DNA of 64,000 nt from Staphylococcus phage Fi4S2, in the sequence record PV037056.1; one strand, given 5' to 3'. Below are positions 19,934 to 29,201 of the stretch, piece after piece. The translations under genes and the position numbers were made by a program. Under the pieces are notes generated by a model. That model had not been told where the DNA came from, ran no database searches, and saw nothing but the letters and a program-made list of their open reading frames with translations. Numbering within the stretch: the stretch's first letter is position 1; each line of letters starts with the position of its first letter.

Positions 19934-20777
19934 TCCTCAATTGCTCCTCTCTCATGTTTAATACAGCTCTTTCTGCTTCTACTCTTGAAAGTCCTTTTAC
20001 AACTTGAAGAGTAAGAACTGCTGTATTATAATCTAGTTTATTCTCACTTTCTAAACAATCAACTACAGACTTCCATGTGTCTCTAATTGCTTGTGCGTTA
20101 TCTAAGGAGTACACATCTGATAGTCTTGTAATACTTTGTGCTAAGGATTCTCTTCTCACAGCTCCACCATCTACTTGAGTTTCAGGTGAAGTACCATGAC
20201 CTGTTTCAAAAGCTTTAGATGTTAAACTCTTCCTGAATACATCCCATGTAGCTGTTGGATTAGCAGGAGATTTTGTGATAGCAACATTAGTAATCATAAC
20301 TTCCTCTATAATACGACTGTCATTCTCATTACGTTGTTTAATTACACCTTCTATAGAGAAACCTAATTTGCGTTCAACACCTGTTTTAGTTAAGGTATCA
20401 GCTAAGGTTATAATGGTTTGTGCATAAGGATTTTCATCAAAAAGTTTAGCTTCTACAAATAATCCTTTATTCACATCTACGCTACAGTTCTCTGTAGGTA
20501 CACCAATAACATACTCAGCATCTTGTTGGTGCTCATAGTTTATCCAACCATGTTCTTTAAAATAAGAAATGTCAATACCTGTTGGATTTACTATCTCATT
20601 TTGTAAGTCTAAAGTGTCATTAGAAGCCCATCCTTGTACATAGACTGTTTTCTTTTCTGCCTCAGTATCAACAGATTTAACAGTGTCTATGGGAAGGAAA
20701 ATACTCATTGACTTTGTTTCTACATTATTCACAAGGATATTCACTCCTCTTTTTGGATTTCCTTCATAATATAGCAC
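19926..20777 (-). CDS. prohead protease
   Basis: 283 aa, directly downstream of the portal gene and upstream of the scaffold and capsid genes. Confidence 0.65.
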   Translation of the reverse strand: MLYYEGNPKRGVNILVNNVETKSMSIFLPIDTVKSVDTEAEKKTVYVQGWASNDTLDLQNEIVNPTGIDISYFKEHGWINYEHQQDAEYVIGVPTENCSVDVNKGLFVEAKLFDENPYAQTIITLADTLTKTGVERKLGFSIEGVIKQRNENDSRIIEEVMITNVAITKSPANPTATWDVFRKSLTSKAFETGHGTSPETQVDGGAVRRESLAQSITRLSDVYSLDNAQAIRDTWKSVVDCLESENKLDYNTAVLTLQVVKGLSRVEAERAVLNMREEQLRNG

Positions 20778-20857
20778 TTTTAACTACCTATAGTTATAGT
20801 ATCATATTATTGCTATTTTTTATTATAAAAAGCATAGGGGGTGTACCCCTACACTTA

Positions 20858-22531
20858 TTATTGTTTAGGCATTTTTATGTTTCCTGATGCGTTGTCTCTG
20901 TCATTAGAATGGTCTTTCATCTGACCTTTAACATCTGAATTAGATTGCTCCTCTTCAGGCTGTTCTTGCTCATTGCCATTAGCATCTTGTTGTTCTTGTT
21001 GTTCTTGTTCTTTAGCATCTTCTTTCTTATCTCTTTCTTGTTTATAAGCAAACTCTTTCTCTTGCATCAATTGAATTTGTCTTTGGACTGCTACACCATT
21101 TAGGATTGTATCTCCACCTGGTACAGTACCTTCAGCGCCTTGTTCAACACGTGCTTCATCAGGAGTTTTAAATAGTTCCATTTGTTTCTCAAGAATTGCA
21201 AGTTTTTCAAGTTCTGTTTTATTATCTCCACCACTAAATTCAAATGTATATTTATCATTAAACTCAGGGATAATATATTTATTTATCATGTTTTCGATAA
21301 ACTTCAGTAAAGGCTCTAAACCTTTAGTTTTTGAATCTCTGTGTTTTTCAGAAGAATTACCTTCATTCAAGGAGTTTGATTTTGAACCTGTTGCTCCACC
21401 TCTGTTAGGGAAGTTAATTTCAGATGGGTCAATACCATATACAGAACAGATAACATTGATAAGATAGTTTAACCATTTCTCAAATTGCATGTCATTAGCA
21501 GTAGGTGTCATGTTAATGAACTTGACATCTTCAGCATTGATTACAGGTATTTGCCATGAACCGTTAATACCTGAAAGACTTGATTTCCATTCACGTTTAA
21601 AGTTCTCTAAAGCATATGTAGTAGATTGTTGCTCTTGCTTAATTAATAATACCCCTCTAGTAGTACCACCATGCGAGAAGAATCTATCATTAAAAGCTTC
21701 TGTATTTTCGTGAGCTATAATCTGCTTTAATGCTACTTCTAATTCTGAGTACCCATAACCACTAGAAGCTATGTCTGTTCTAGGTCTTCTTACTCCCATA
21801 GCCATCTCTCTTGCAGTGTACTCATTAACAACTTTATCATCTATAACTTGTACAAACTTTGGTAACTTTTCTTTATTCCTTACAATTTTACTATCTCTAG
21901 TTTTGTAAAATATAGTCGTAGGGTCAACAGCTAAGAAAGACAATAACTCTCCTGTATTCTTATCTATATTTTTCTCAAAGTTTACTTGGTCATATAATAA
22001 CGTGTCTCTTATTATTTTCTTACAAAAGTCATAAAAAGAATCTCTCTCTGTATCTACTTTTTTAGATGTATTAATTAAGAAATCTTCTATCTCTTTCATT
22101 TCTTTTTTCTCAGAGTCTGTAGCCTCTGCTGTAACATCTTTCAATCTTACTTCAAACCCCATACCTTTTTTAGAGTATCTAGTAGGTTGACAGTATAAAG
22201 ATACTTGGTCAGAACGTGTATTAATAATAGCATTTACAATAATGTTATTACCAAAACGCTTAAGAACTTCTTGAACTCTATGCATACTCTTAGTATAGTT
22301 ATTCTTTTCCCTATAGTCAGGGTTAACACTCATCATACCTAGTAAAGGTTCTTGTTGTGCAGTATCTTCTTGGCCTATAGCTTTTTCAACATACCCCTTT
22401 TTAAGTAAGTCTTCATAGCTTTTGATACTACTAGTGAGTTGTTCAGCATCAACTTGACTAGCTAGTGTATTTGGTTGCTGAGTATTATTTTGTTGTGTAC
22501 CTGAAAGTGCTAATTTCTCAAAAAAACCCAC
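20858..22531 (-). CDS. portal protein
   Basis: 557 aa, GTG start with RBS AAGGAGGG. It has an acidic, Q/E-rich C-terminus and the position of a portal gene. Confidence 0.7.
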   Translation of the reverse strand: MGFFEKLALSGTQQNNTQQPNTLASQVDAEQLTSSIKSYEDLLKKGYVEKAIGQEDTAQQEPLLGMMSVNPDYREKNNYTKSMHRVQEVLKRFGNNIIVNAIINTRSDQVSLYCQPTRYSKKGMGFEVRLKDVTAEATDSEKKEMKEIEDFLINTSKKVDTERDSFYDFCKKIIRDTLLYDQVNFEKNIDKNTGELLSFLAVDPTTIFYKTRDSKIVRNKEKLPKFVQVIDDKVVNEYTAREMAMGVRRPRTDIASSGYGYSELEVALKQIIAHENTEAFNDRFFSHGGTTRGVLLIKQEQQSTTYALENFKREWKSSLSGINGSWQIPVINAEDVKFINMTPTANDMQFEKWLNYLINVICSVYGIDPSEINFPNRGGATGSKSNSLNEGNSSEKHRDSKTKGLEPLLKFIENMINKYIIPEFNDKYTFEFSGGDNKTELEKLAILEKQMELFKTPDEARVEQGAEGTVPGGDTILNGVAVQRQIQLMQEKEFAYKQERDKKEDAKEQEQQEQQDANGNEQEQPEEEQSNSDVKGQMKDHSNDRDNASGNIKMPKQ

Positions 22532-22545
22532 GTTGTTAGCCCTCC

Positions 22546-22911
22546 TTATTTACTTAATGTTAATTTATCTGTTGTATTATATAATACTTTACTTATCTCA
22601 GGCTCTATTTCTACTTCCTGATGTGTTGGATGTTCTATGTAATAAAATGTTTTTCTGCTTTCCATAACAAGATTATAATCCATTAGGTGTATAGTATCGT
22701 TAGCATCTATTAAAACAACTTTGTTATCAGTTGTAGCTTCTAAAATTCTATACTGCACTCTATCTATAGCTACAAATACAGCTACATGCTTTCCTCCTAT
22801 TTGTCGGTAGTAGTCTACAACTTCTATCCAATTACCATCTTGTCCTTGCTCTCTAATAAAGTCTTTTGCTTCTTTCCATTTCTCATCCTGAGAAAATACC
22901 AAGTTTATCAC
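22546..22911 (-). CDS. hypothetical protein
   Basis: 121 aa, GTG start, upstream of the portal gene. Confidence 0.5.
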   Translation of the reverse strand: MINLVFSQDEKWKEAKDFIREQGQDGNWIEVVDYYRQIGGKHVAVFVAIDRVQYRILEATTDNKVVLIDANDTIHLMDYNLVMESRKTFYYIEHPTHQEVEIEPEISKVLYNTTDKLTLSK

Positions 22912-22918
22912 TACCTAT

Positions 22919-23278
22919 TCACTTGAATCTATGTCGTTTCACGTATTTTGTTATTATCCATGCTATTACCCCTATAACAACTCCAGTTAATACAAGTTCA
23001 ACTACAACATACGGTTCAGTAAAACTATTAAATCTATTTGCAGATTCCGTGTTGTTCAATATGTCTGTCTTTATTAAACTAGAAGTTCGGGAAAAAGCCA
23101 CAGCTAAAATATATGTGCCTAATATTAGTATACCATACAATACCGTGTTCTGTAGTATGTTTTTCTTCTTGTTTATTCCTAAGTAGACAACTAATAGTAA
23201 TAAAGAGATAGATAGTAGGATAACGGATAGTGTAGATATAGTTAAAACCTTGTCAAAAGTCAAAGAAAAACACCTCAC
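22919..23278 (-). CDS. membrane protein, possible holin
   Basis: 119 aa with about three hydrophobic segments and a very basic C-terminus (KYVKRHRFK). Confidence 0.4.
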   Translation of the reverse strand: MRCFSLTFDKVLTISTLSVILLSISLLLLVVYLGINKKKNILQNTVLYGILILGTYILAVAFSRTSSLIKTDILNNTESANRFNSFTEPYVVVELVLTGVVIGVIAWIITKYVKRHRFK

Positions 23279-23330
23279 TCAATTTAATTTCTACTTTATT
23301 AATATAGCATCAAAAAGGACAGTAGATGGT

Positions 23331-24629
23331 CTACTGTCCTAATTGAGGGTCTGTGGGTTCTAATGTTTGTTCTTCTTGAGCATTTTCTGTCTCATTATCA
23401 GGTGTCTCTTCTCCAGTTTCTATAGTCTCTTCAGGATTCTCAGAGTTACCTACATCTTCTTCCATATTAGTTTCTTCTTCTTCAGGAGGAGAAGGATTAG
23501 TTACTTCTTCTTCTGTATTATCTCGCCCTTCTTCAGGAGGTGTAGGGTTGACTGTCTCTTCTCCATTACTGTTTTCATTGTTGTTTTCTGCTGGAGGTAC
23601 TTCAGGTTCAGGAGCCTCTTCTCCATTACCACCATCTGTATCGACATTATCAGAAGGCTCTTCAGGATTAGTAACTTCCCCGTTACCACCATCTGTATTA
23701 CCTCCTCCAATACCTCCAGGCGTATTAGGGTCAGGATTAGGATTAATATTAACGTCAGGGTCTTCAGGTACAGTAGGGTCTGTAGGCTCAGGTTCTACAG
23801 GTTGTGTAGGCTCTACAGGTGTAATGTTTCCATCTCCACCATTATTACTATCCCCGTTGTTAGTACCTGTATTACCTCCTCCTATTCCCCCAGGAGTGTT
23901 AGGGTCAGGGTTAGGATTTACATTAACGTCAGGGTCTTCAGGGTTATCAGTAGGTGGAGAAGGCTGTGTTACTCCATTGTCAACACCCTCTGCATTGTTG
24001 TCATCTCCTCCTCCTATTCCTCCAGGAGTGTTAGGGTCAGGGTTAGGATTAACATTAACGTCAGGGTCTATTATACTTCCATATTCTTGACCAATAACGG
24101 GCGGAGAGGAGCTATTTATATTTGGTGAAGTATTGTAAGGGTTGTTAACTAATGAGTCATCCTGAGATGGTACAGGTGCTTGTGCGCTTCTAGCTCTATC
24201 TAAAGACTCTTTATCACCTGCTTTGTAACCCTCACTTTCATTAGCTCTTACTTCTTTATTAGAGCTATCCTTCATTGCAGTATCGTCACTAATGACTTCT
24301 TTAATAGATTTATCTTTGTTAGCTTCTTTATCTATTGTTTCTTTCATTTTTTCTGCGTCTTCTATTTTTTCTTGTTTACTCTTCTTGTTGTAATCTTTAT
24401 AGTCAGATTCCTTTTTTATTTTTATTATTTGCTTTTGAGCTTCATCTAGTTTACTCTTACTATCTTCTGAACGCTCTTTGTAAAGCTCCACCTTATCTTC
24501 TAGATTCTCTGCATCAGAAGATAACTTTCTATTATTTACATACAAGAAAATAAGACCTAAAATGACTACGATACCTATAGCAATTACTAATACATCACTT
24601 ATAAGCTTATTTTGTTTTCCACTCTTCAC
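23331..24629 (-). CDS. membrane-anchored protein with coiled-coil, Pro/Gly tandem repeats and acidic tail
   Basis: 432 aa. It has an N-terminal TM segment (LISDVLVIAIGIVVILGLIFLYV), three copies of DPDVNVNPNPDPNTPGGIGGG and a D/E-rich C-terminus. Confidence 0.6.
   Translation of the reverse strand: MKSGKQNKLISDVLVIAIGIVVILGLIFLYVNNRKLSSDAENLEDKVELYKERSEDSKSKLDEAQKQIIKIKKESDYKDYNKKSKQEKIEDAEKMKETIDKEANKDKSIKEVISDDTAMKDSSNKEVRANESEGYKAGDKESLDRARSAQAPVPSQDDSLVNNPYNTSPNINSSSPPVIGQEYGSIIDPDVNVNPNPDPNTPGGIGGGDDNNAEGVDNGVTQPSPPTDNPEDPDVNVNPNPDPNTPGGIGGGNTGTNNGDSNNGGDGNITPVEPTQPVEPEPTDPTVPEDPDVNINPNPDPNTPGGIGGGNTDGGNGEVTNPEEPSDNVDTDGGNGEEAPEPEVPPAENNNENSNGEETVNPTPPEEGRDNTEEEVTNPSPPEEEETNMEEDVGNSENPEETIETGEETPDNETENAQEEQTLEPTDPQLGQ
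23720..24070 (-). repeat. three tandem ~120-nt coding repeats within the 432-aa gene
   Basis: Near-identical DNA blocks encode the PEDPDVNVNPNPDPNTPGGIGGG repeats. Confidence 0.7.
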
Positions 24630-24687
24630 TTTTATACCTCCTTTTACTTTACTTTCAGTAATATAATAATGCTACTATATTGTCAAC

Positions 24688-24725
24688 AAAAAAAAGAGAG
24701 CTAAGTTAATAGCTCTCTAGTTTTA
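24688..24725. terminator. bidirectional intrinsic terminator
   Basis: A8-AGAGAGCT-AAGTTAAT-AGCTCTCT-T4. A near-identical hairpin recurs at 28156-28190. Confidence 0.6.
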
Positions 24726-24727
24726 GT

Positions 24728-25420
24728 TTATTTCCACTTAATTTTTCCCCAATATTTCTCACTCTTGATTCTTTCTTTCTTATCTGTGATTCTACATACT
24801 GCTAAGTAGAAATAACCTGCTGAAGGGTTTGTTGGGTATTTAAACTTAATCCACCAGTAACCGTCTTTTTTAGTTACAGATACAAAGTCTACCCATTGGT
24901 TAGCGTATAGCCAAGAGCCTTTGCCTACAACAGAACCTTTTAACCCAGCACTACGTCTAACTTTGATAGTAGCATTAGCTGTAAAGCGTCCTTTCCAAGC
25001 CCATGTAATTTTCTTAGAAGGTTTAGGTACAGGTAGTTTCTTGAATTTAGGTCTAACAAAAATCATGTTAGGGTCATAGTTGTGTACACGTTTTGTTACT
25101 GTTTCCCAACCTGTACCTCCCATTTCTCCACCTGATGTCCAGCCTCCTCCAAGCCAATTCTGCTCTAGGAGAGTTAAGCTGTTTAACGTTGCAGATAGTA
25201 CCCATGCAACATGTCCAGCTCCATTACCATATGTACCAGGGAATATACACATATCTCCTGGTTTAGCTAAAAAGCTAGGTGTATTTTTATAGATAGTAGC
25301 TGTGTTTTTGAATATAGCTTTGTTATCTCCTGCGATATTTTTTGCATATGCTCCTGAAAGCATCTTACCAGGGAATAACTTTAGCCATCCTGCGTTTGCA
25401 TAGTCATAACATTGAACTTT
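24728..25420 (-). CDS. CHAP-SH3b endolysin, exon 2
   Basis: The reading frame is open upstream of the annotated Met (..[12 protein letters not shown]..). This is the CHAP catalytic Cys region, followed by the GHVAWV His motif and an SH3b (SH3_5) domain. Confidence 0.75.
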   Translation of the reverse strand, partial: KVQCYDYANAGWLKLFPGKMLSGAYAKNIAGDNKAIFKNTATIYKNTPSFLAKPGDMCIFPGTYGNGAGHVAWVLSATLNSLTLLEQNWLGGGWTSGGEMGGTGWETVTKRVHNYDPNMIFVRPKFKKLPVPKPSKKITWAWKGRFTANATIKVRRSAGLKGSVVGKGSWLYANQWVDFVSVTKKDGYWWIKFKYPTNPSAGYFYLAVCRITDKKERIKSEKYWGKIKWK

Positions 25421-26307
25421 ATATTACGTATCTACCTTTCCTTTATACCATTTCTAGTATAAGATGTCTAGTAGGTACTCTTATAGTTTCCCATAAGAAT
25501 AGACTATCTCATTAATTGACAAATTCTTCAAATTTTAACTTTGTTCCATTTTTTAAGTTGTAATTAAGAATGAAATCTTTCCGTCCGTTAACTGCCTCTT
25601 GTAGTGTTTTAAAAGTACCTATATGCTTAGGTCTCCTATTTATACATACATTAACTTCATATTGGTCTTTAGACTCTCTATAGAAAACTCCTGTATAACC
25701 TGTTTTATTGTTATACTTTTTCCTATTATTGGAATTCTCTTTAGGTGTCACCCAATGACAGTTATCAGGTCTGTAGTTTCTATTATTATCTATTCTATCT
25801 AGCTGATGGTTCTTACTTGGTGCGTCTCCCATGTCCTCATAAAAGTTAATAAATGATTCATCCCATCTACTACAAACTTTTATTCCTCTACCACCGTATC
25901 TGTGATATGAGTGATAGTTAGAGTTGTTACACCTAGTCTTCATGTTCTTCCATGCTCTATACTCTTTAGGGTATTTTTTAGAACCACCATGAATAGTTTT
26001 ACTTTCTGATATTTTCATTCTTGTTTCTTTGTTTTGAAGTTTTTTAACCATCTATGTCTCCTCCTTTAGAGGTATCATAGCATAATTAAAGTTTGTTGTC
26101 AACTACCCTCCGCTGTCCGTCAATTGACGATGCTTAGTCGTTGGAGTTTCTACCTCTATTACCAAGGTAGCTTACCTGCTGATTGCCCATTGTACATACT
26201 TATTATTTTTAAACATTCAAGCTTGCAATTACTTGCTACTTTGTAGTTAATAAGTCTTTAGGGGTTCCCAGTCAATTCAAAGGGTTTTACTTGGGCTATA
26301 ATGTTAA
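25421..26307 (-). mobile_element. group I intron in the CHAP lysin gene
   Basis: Splits the CHAP domain between DADGWFG and VQC. It carries P7-like strands (plus TAGTC at ~26138, plus GACTA at ~25503) and an internal HNH ORF. Confidence 0.7.
25512..26051 (-). CDS. intron-encoded HNH endonuclease (HNH_3 with AP2-like DNA-binding domain)
   Basis: CNNSNYHSYHRYGGRGI...NCHWVTPKEN HNH motifs, and a C-terminal YTGVFY..KTLQEAV AP2-like domain. Confidence 0.85.
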   Translation of the reverse strand: MVKKLQNKETRMKISESKTIHGGSKKYPKEYRAWKNMKTRCNNSNYHSYHRYGGRGIKVCSRWDESFINFYEDMGDAPSKNHQLDRIDNNRNYRPDNCHWVTPKENSNNRKKYNNKTGYTGVFYRESKDQYEVNVCINRRPKHIGTFKTLQEAVNGRKDFILNYNLKNGTKLKFEEFVN

Positions 26308-26397
26308 CCCAAACCAACCATCTGCATCATAACGTTTACCAATAGACTGCTTCATCCATGCTATAAACTCTTTTTGTGTCAACTTTGCTGTTGCCAT
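26308..26397 (-). CDS. CHAP-SH3b endolysin, exon 1
   Basis: The minus-strand ORF MATAKLTQKEFIAWMKQSIGKRYDADGWFG is the conserved CHAP N-terminus and ends at the intron. Confidence 0.65.
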
Positions 26398-26462
26398 TCT
26401 ATTACATCCTTTCTAATATAAATAAGGGGCTAGAATCATCTAGCCTCTTTTGTCTTATATGC

Positions 26463-27386
26463 TTACGACCATTTAATAGTTCCCCAGTAACGTTCATTCT
26501 TAATCTTTTCTTTCTTGTCAGTTATTTTAGTAACTGCACAATAGAAATAGTTTTTGCTTGAACCTGGTGCTTGATACTTAAATCTAATCCACCAATAACC
26601 ATTAGCTTTAATAACTTGGTCAAATTTTACCCAGTCATTTTTATCGTATAGCCAAGAGCCTTTGTCTACAATAGCTCCACTAAGACTAGGGGACTTACGA
26701 ACCTTAATAGTTGTATTTGGATAGAAAGTACCTTTCCAATTCCATTTAGTTCTAGGAGCTGGTTTAGAAGGTTTAGCCTTCTCTGCTGTAGTGTCTTTAG
26801 AAGGAGCTACATCTTTCTTGTAGTATTTAGCTACAATTTTGTCTAAGTTAGAAGTTGCTCTTCCGTATCCTGAAGCTTGTAATACGTTACCAGGGTCTTG
26901 TTTACCAGCTTGGATGTCCTGATGCCCTGGCATATTAGTTTTATAGTTAATACCCCAATACTCAGCTAAGTAAGCTAAAACTTTTGCTCCATTTTCTAAT
27001 GATTTCTTAGAGCGTGCTTTATCTGAGAAGTAAGATATTTCTACACCAATAGCACCATCATTAGCATCTACACCATACCAAGCATTATCTTGTTGTGCAT
27101 CATATAATACATGCCAGGCTTTTTCTGTAGTAGGTATACAAACAATAGCCTCTTTGTCATCAACAAAGATGTGAGCTGATGCTACAAAGTCCCAAGAGAT
27201 GTTATAACTATTTCTGTAATAGTCTACATTATTTTGAGCTGTAGTATTAATGTTTCCTGTATCGTGAGCCACAATAAATTTTGGCTTACCTGTTGTTAAC
27301 TTTTGACCTGAACGTCTAGTACCGATTGGTAATAAGTCTGTTTTGACTTTTACACCTTTCCACGTCTCTGCCATTAACTTCACCAT
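26463..27386 (-). CDS. N-acetylmuramoyl-L-alanine amidase (Amidase_2/PGRP) + SH3b endolysin
   Basis: An Amidase_2 domain (FIVAHDTGN...HQD) plus a C-terminal SH3_5 domain (WKGTFYPNTTIKVRKSPS...YWWIRFKY) like that of the CHAP protein. Confidence 0.85.
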   Translation of the reverse strand: MVKLMAETWKGVKVKTDLLPIGTRRSGQKLTTGKPKFIVAHDTGNINTTAQNNVDYYRNSYNISWDFVASAHIFVDDKEAIVCIPTTEKAWHVLYDAQQDNAWYGVDANDGAIGVEISYFSDKARSKKSLENGAKVLAYLAEYWGINYKTNMPGHQDIQAGKQDPGNVLQASGYGRATSNLDKIVAKYYKKDVAPSKDTTAEKAKPSKPAPRTKWNWKGTFYPNTTIKVRKSPSLSGAIVDKGSWLYDKNDWVKFDQVIKANGYWWIRFKYQAPGSSKNYFYCAVTKITDKKEKIKNERYWGTIKWS

Positions 27387-27427
27387 TCTTTCTTTATATT
27401 TTCCTTGCTTAAATAATATAGCAAGTA

Positions 27428-27634
27428 CTAATCTTCTTGAATAGTTAAAAGAGACTTAATAATCTGACTAGCGTATTTACCATCTAGTGTTTTTAAATCT
27501 ACATCAGGGAGTAAATCCATTTTATCCCACAGTTCTTCTTTTGTTTGAACTTTATTATTGATAAATGCTTTACCAATTAAACTTTGAATATAATTAAATT
27601 GTTTTGAACTCATTGGTTGAGAAGTATTATTCAT
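27428..27634 (-). CDS. hypothetical protein
   Basis: 68 aa with no TM segment; sits upstream of the lysins. Confidence 0.45.
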   Translation of the reverse strand: MNNTSQPMSSKQFNYIQSLIGKAFINNKVQTKEELWDKMDLLPDVDLKTLDGKYASQIIKSLLTIQED

Positions 27635-27865
27635 AATATACCGCCTTTAATTTTGTTTATATGTATTTGAAGAGGAGGTAAAAGGAGCCACCCTAATACC
27701 TCTTTGATTTAACAGCTTAGAGTATAGTCAAAATAAGTAGTAGATTACCTTGACTATAAATACATTATAACACAGAGTAGTTATATTTTTTTATCTTTTA
27801 CATATAGTTATTTAATCTTGAATGTGGGAGTTCTTACCTTTATTTATGTTGTATAAAACTTATTA

Positions 27866-27989
27866 TGACACATTTAGGAATTTAACGATGTTTATTAGTA
27901 TATATACTTTAATAACCTTTATTAGTACTTTAGTAATTATAATAATAATAGTTATATATAAAGATTGATAAATGTTCTAAATGTGTCAC
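27866..27989. repeat. MITE-like 124-bp element, copy 1, with 12-bp terminal inverted repeats
   Basis: Begins TGACACATTTAGG and ends CTAAATGTGTCAC; AT-rich interior. Confidence 0.7.
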
Positions 27990-28012
27990 TTTATGTTGTA
28001 TACTATCTATTA

Positions 28013-28135
28013 TGACGTATTTAGGAATTTATTAACCTTTATTAGTAATTATAGTTATAATACTAGTAATTATAATTAAAGATATATAAAGTATATAGTT
28101 ATATATAAAGATTAATAAAATCTTAAATGTGTCAC
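28013..28135. repeat. MITE-like element, copy 2 (tandem)
   Basis: Begins TGACGTATTTAGG and ends TTAAATGTGTCAC; the interior is homologous to copy 1. Confidence 0.7.
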
Positions 28136-28155
28136 TTTCTGTATTACACAATATA

Positions 28156-28190
28156 ATAAAAAAAGAGAACTAAACTAATAGCTCTCTTCA
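28156..28190 (-). terminator. intrinsic terminator
   Basis: A8-GAGAACTAAACTAATAGCTCTCTT. Same design as 24688-24725. Confidence 0.5.
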
Positions 28191-28201
28191 AGATATATTT
28201 A

Positions 28202-28420
28202 TTAAACTTTACCTTCTACAGATATAATTAAGTTAGCATTAATAAAGATTTGTTTAGAATCTACACTATCTTCAGTATTAGCTAAGAATAAACTATGTCC
28301 ACCTTTACCAATAGACTGAGAAACATGAGTTACAGGTATTACCCCAGCCTCTCCTTCAGGGAAAGCAAAGAATTTACTACCGTCAATCATTGTTATTTCT
28401 AGTTTTTTAAAGTTATACAT
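28202..28420 (-). CDS. hypothetical protein
   Basis: 72-aa ORF. Confidence 0.45.
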   Translation of the reverse strand: MYNFKKLEITMIDGSKFFAFPEGEAGVIPVTHVSQSIGKGGHSLFLANTEDSVDSKQIFINANLIISVEGKV

Positions 28421-28437
28421 TTACAACTTCCTCTCTT

Positions 28438-28776
28438 TTAATTTAAAAATTTACCAAGTATATAAGGTATAGCAACACCAATAGCACCTAGTATAGCCTT
28501 CTCAGCAAAAGCTTTTCTGTTATCACTACGGTCTTGGTCACTATCTTGTAAAGCTTTTAGTTGTTGAGATAGCTCATTGACAGTATCAAACAGTTGTTGG
28601 TTTTTTATCTTATCTATTTCATAATTTCTATCTAGGCTGTTTAGCTTAGCTTCTAAGTCTTCTAGAGACTGAATTAATGCTTTGAAATCTTCAGTTTTAA
28701 CATATTTACCTGCTATTAAATCTTGCTCTATGCTTCTTAATCTATCCAATACATCTGAAAGATTGCTAGTGTCCAA
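28438..28776 (-). CDS. coiled-coil protein with C-terminal TM anchor
   Basis: 112 aa; heptad-rich, ending AILGAIGVAIPYILGKFLN. Confidence 0.5.
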   Translation of the reverse strand: MDTSNLSDVLDRLRSIEQDLIAGKYVKTEDFKALIQSLEDLEAKLNSLDRNYEIDKIKNQQLFDTVNELSQQLKALQDSDQDRSDNRKAFAEKAILGAIGVAIPYILGKFLN

Positions 28777-28810
28777 GACCTTACCCTCCCATCAAAACTT
28801 TTACTGCACT

Positions 28811-29086
28811 TTATGTTGATTTTTCTTTAAAGTATGTTATAATATAGTTAATCAGTGATAGAGTAGTAGCTATTACTGTAATAAAGGTTATTGGCAGTGA
28901 CCTAGTAGCAAGACCTAGCAAGTTTAATATGAGCAAGCATATCAAAACTATAACTGAAATAGCACTATAACATTTATCAATACCATTGCGGTAGTATAGA
29001 TTATGAGAAAGCCTTTTTGTACTATGTTCAAGAAGGAAGATGTACCACAAGCTAGACGCAAAATAAAGTGCAAAAAATAACCACAT
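28811..29086 (-). CDS. small membrane protein (about 3 TM)
   Basis: 91 aa, hydrophobic; first gene of the minus-strand unit at the divergence point. Confidence 0.5.
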   Translation of the reverse strand: MWLFFALYFASSLWYIFLLEHSTKRLSHNLYYRNGIDKCYSAISVIVLICLLILNLLGLATRSLPITFITVIATTLSLINYIITYFKEKST

Positions 29087-29201
29087 AAGTCTTCACCTCT
29101 CAAAAAAATAATATAACACAATGGTTTGGCAGGCAGTTGTGTTAAATTAATAGTATATAGGCTGTAATTTTAGCCTAAGAAAAGTAGAGGTGTGATAAGC
29201 T

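Noticed and set aside
19088-19961. Plus-strand ORFs 19088-19297, 19200-19478, 19497-19961
   Set aside because: They are Ser/Leu/Phe-rich shadows of the repetitive acidic minus-strand gene 19055-19933.
23367-24128. Plus-strand ORFs 23367-24128 and 23548-24090, and minus 23501-23710
   Set aside because: They are alternative frames of the repeat-containing 432-aa gene (Arg/Ile/Ser-rich or Gly/Ser/Pro-rich shadows) with no RBS.
27428-27634. Holin call for the 68-aa ORF next to the lysins
   Set aside because: It has no hydrophobic transmembrane segment. Better holin candidates are the 119-aa (22919-23278) or 91-aa (28811-29086) membrane proteins.
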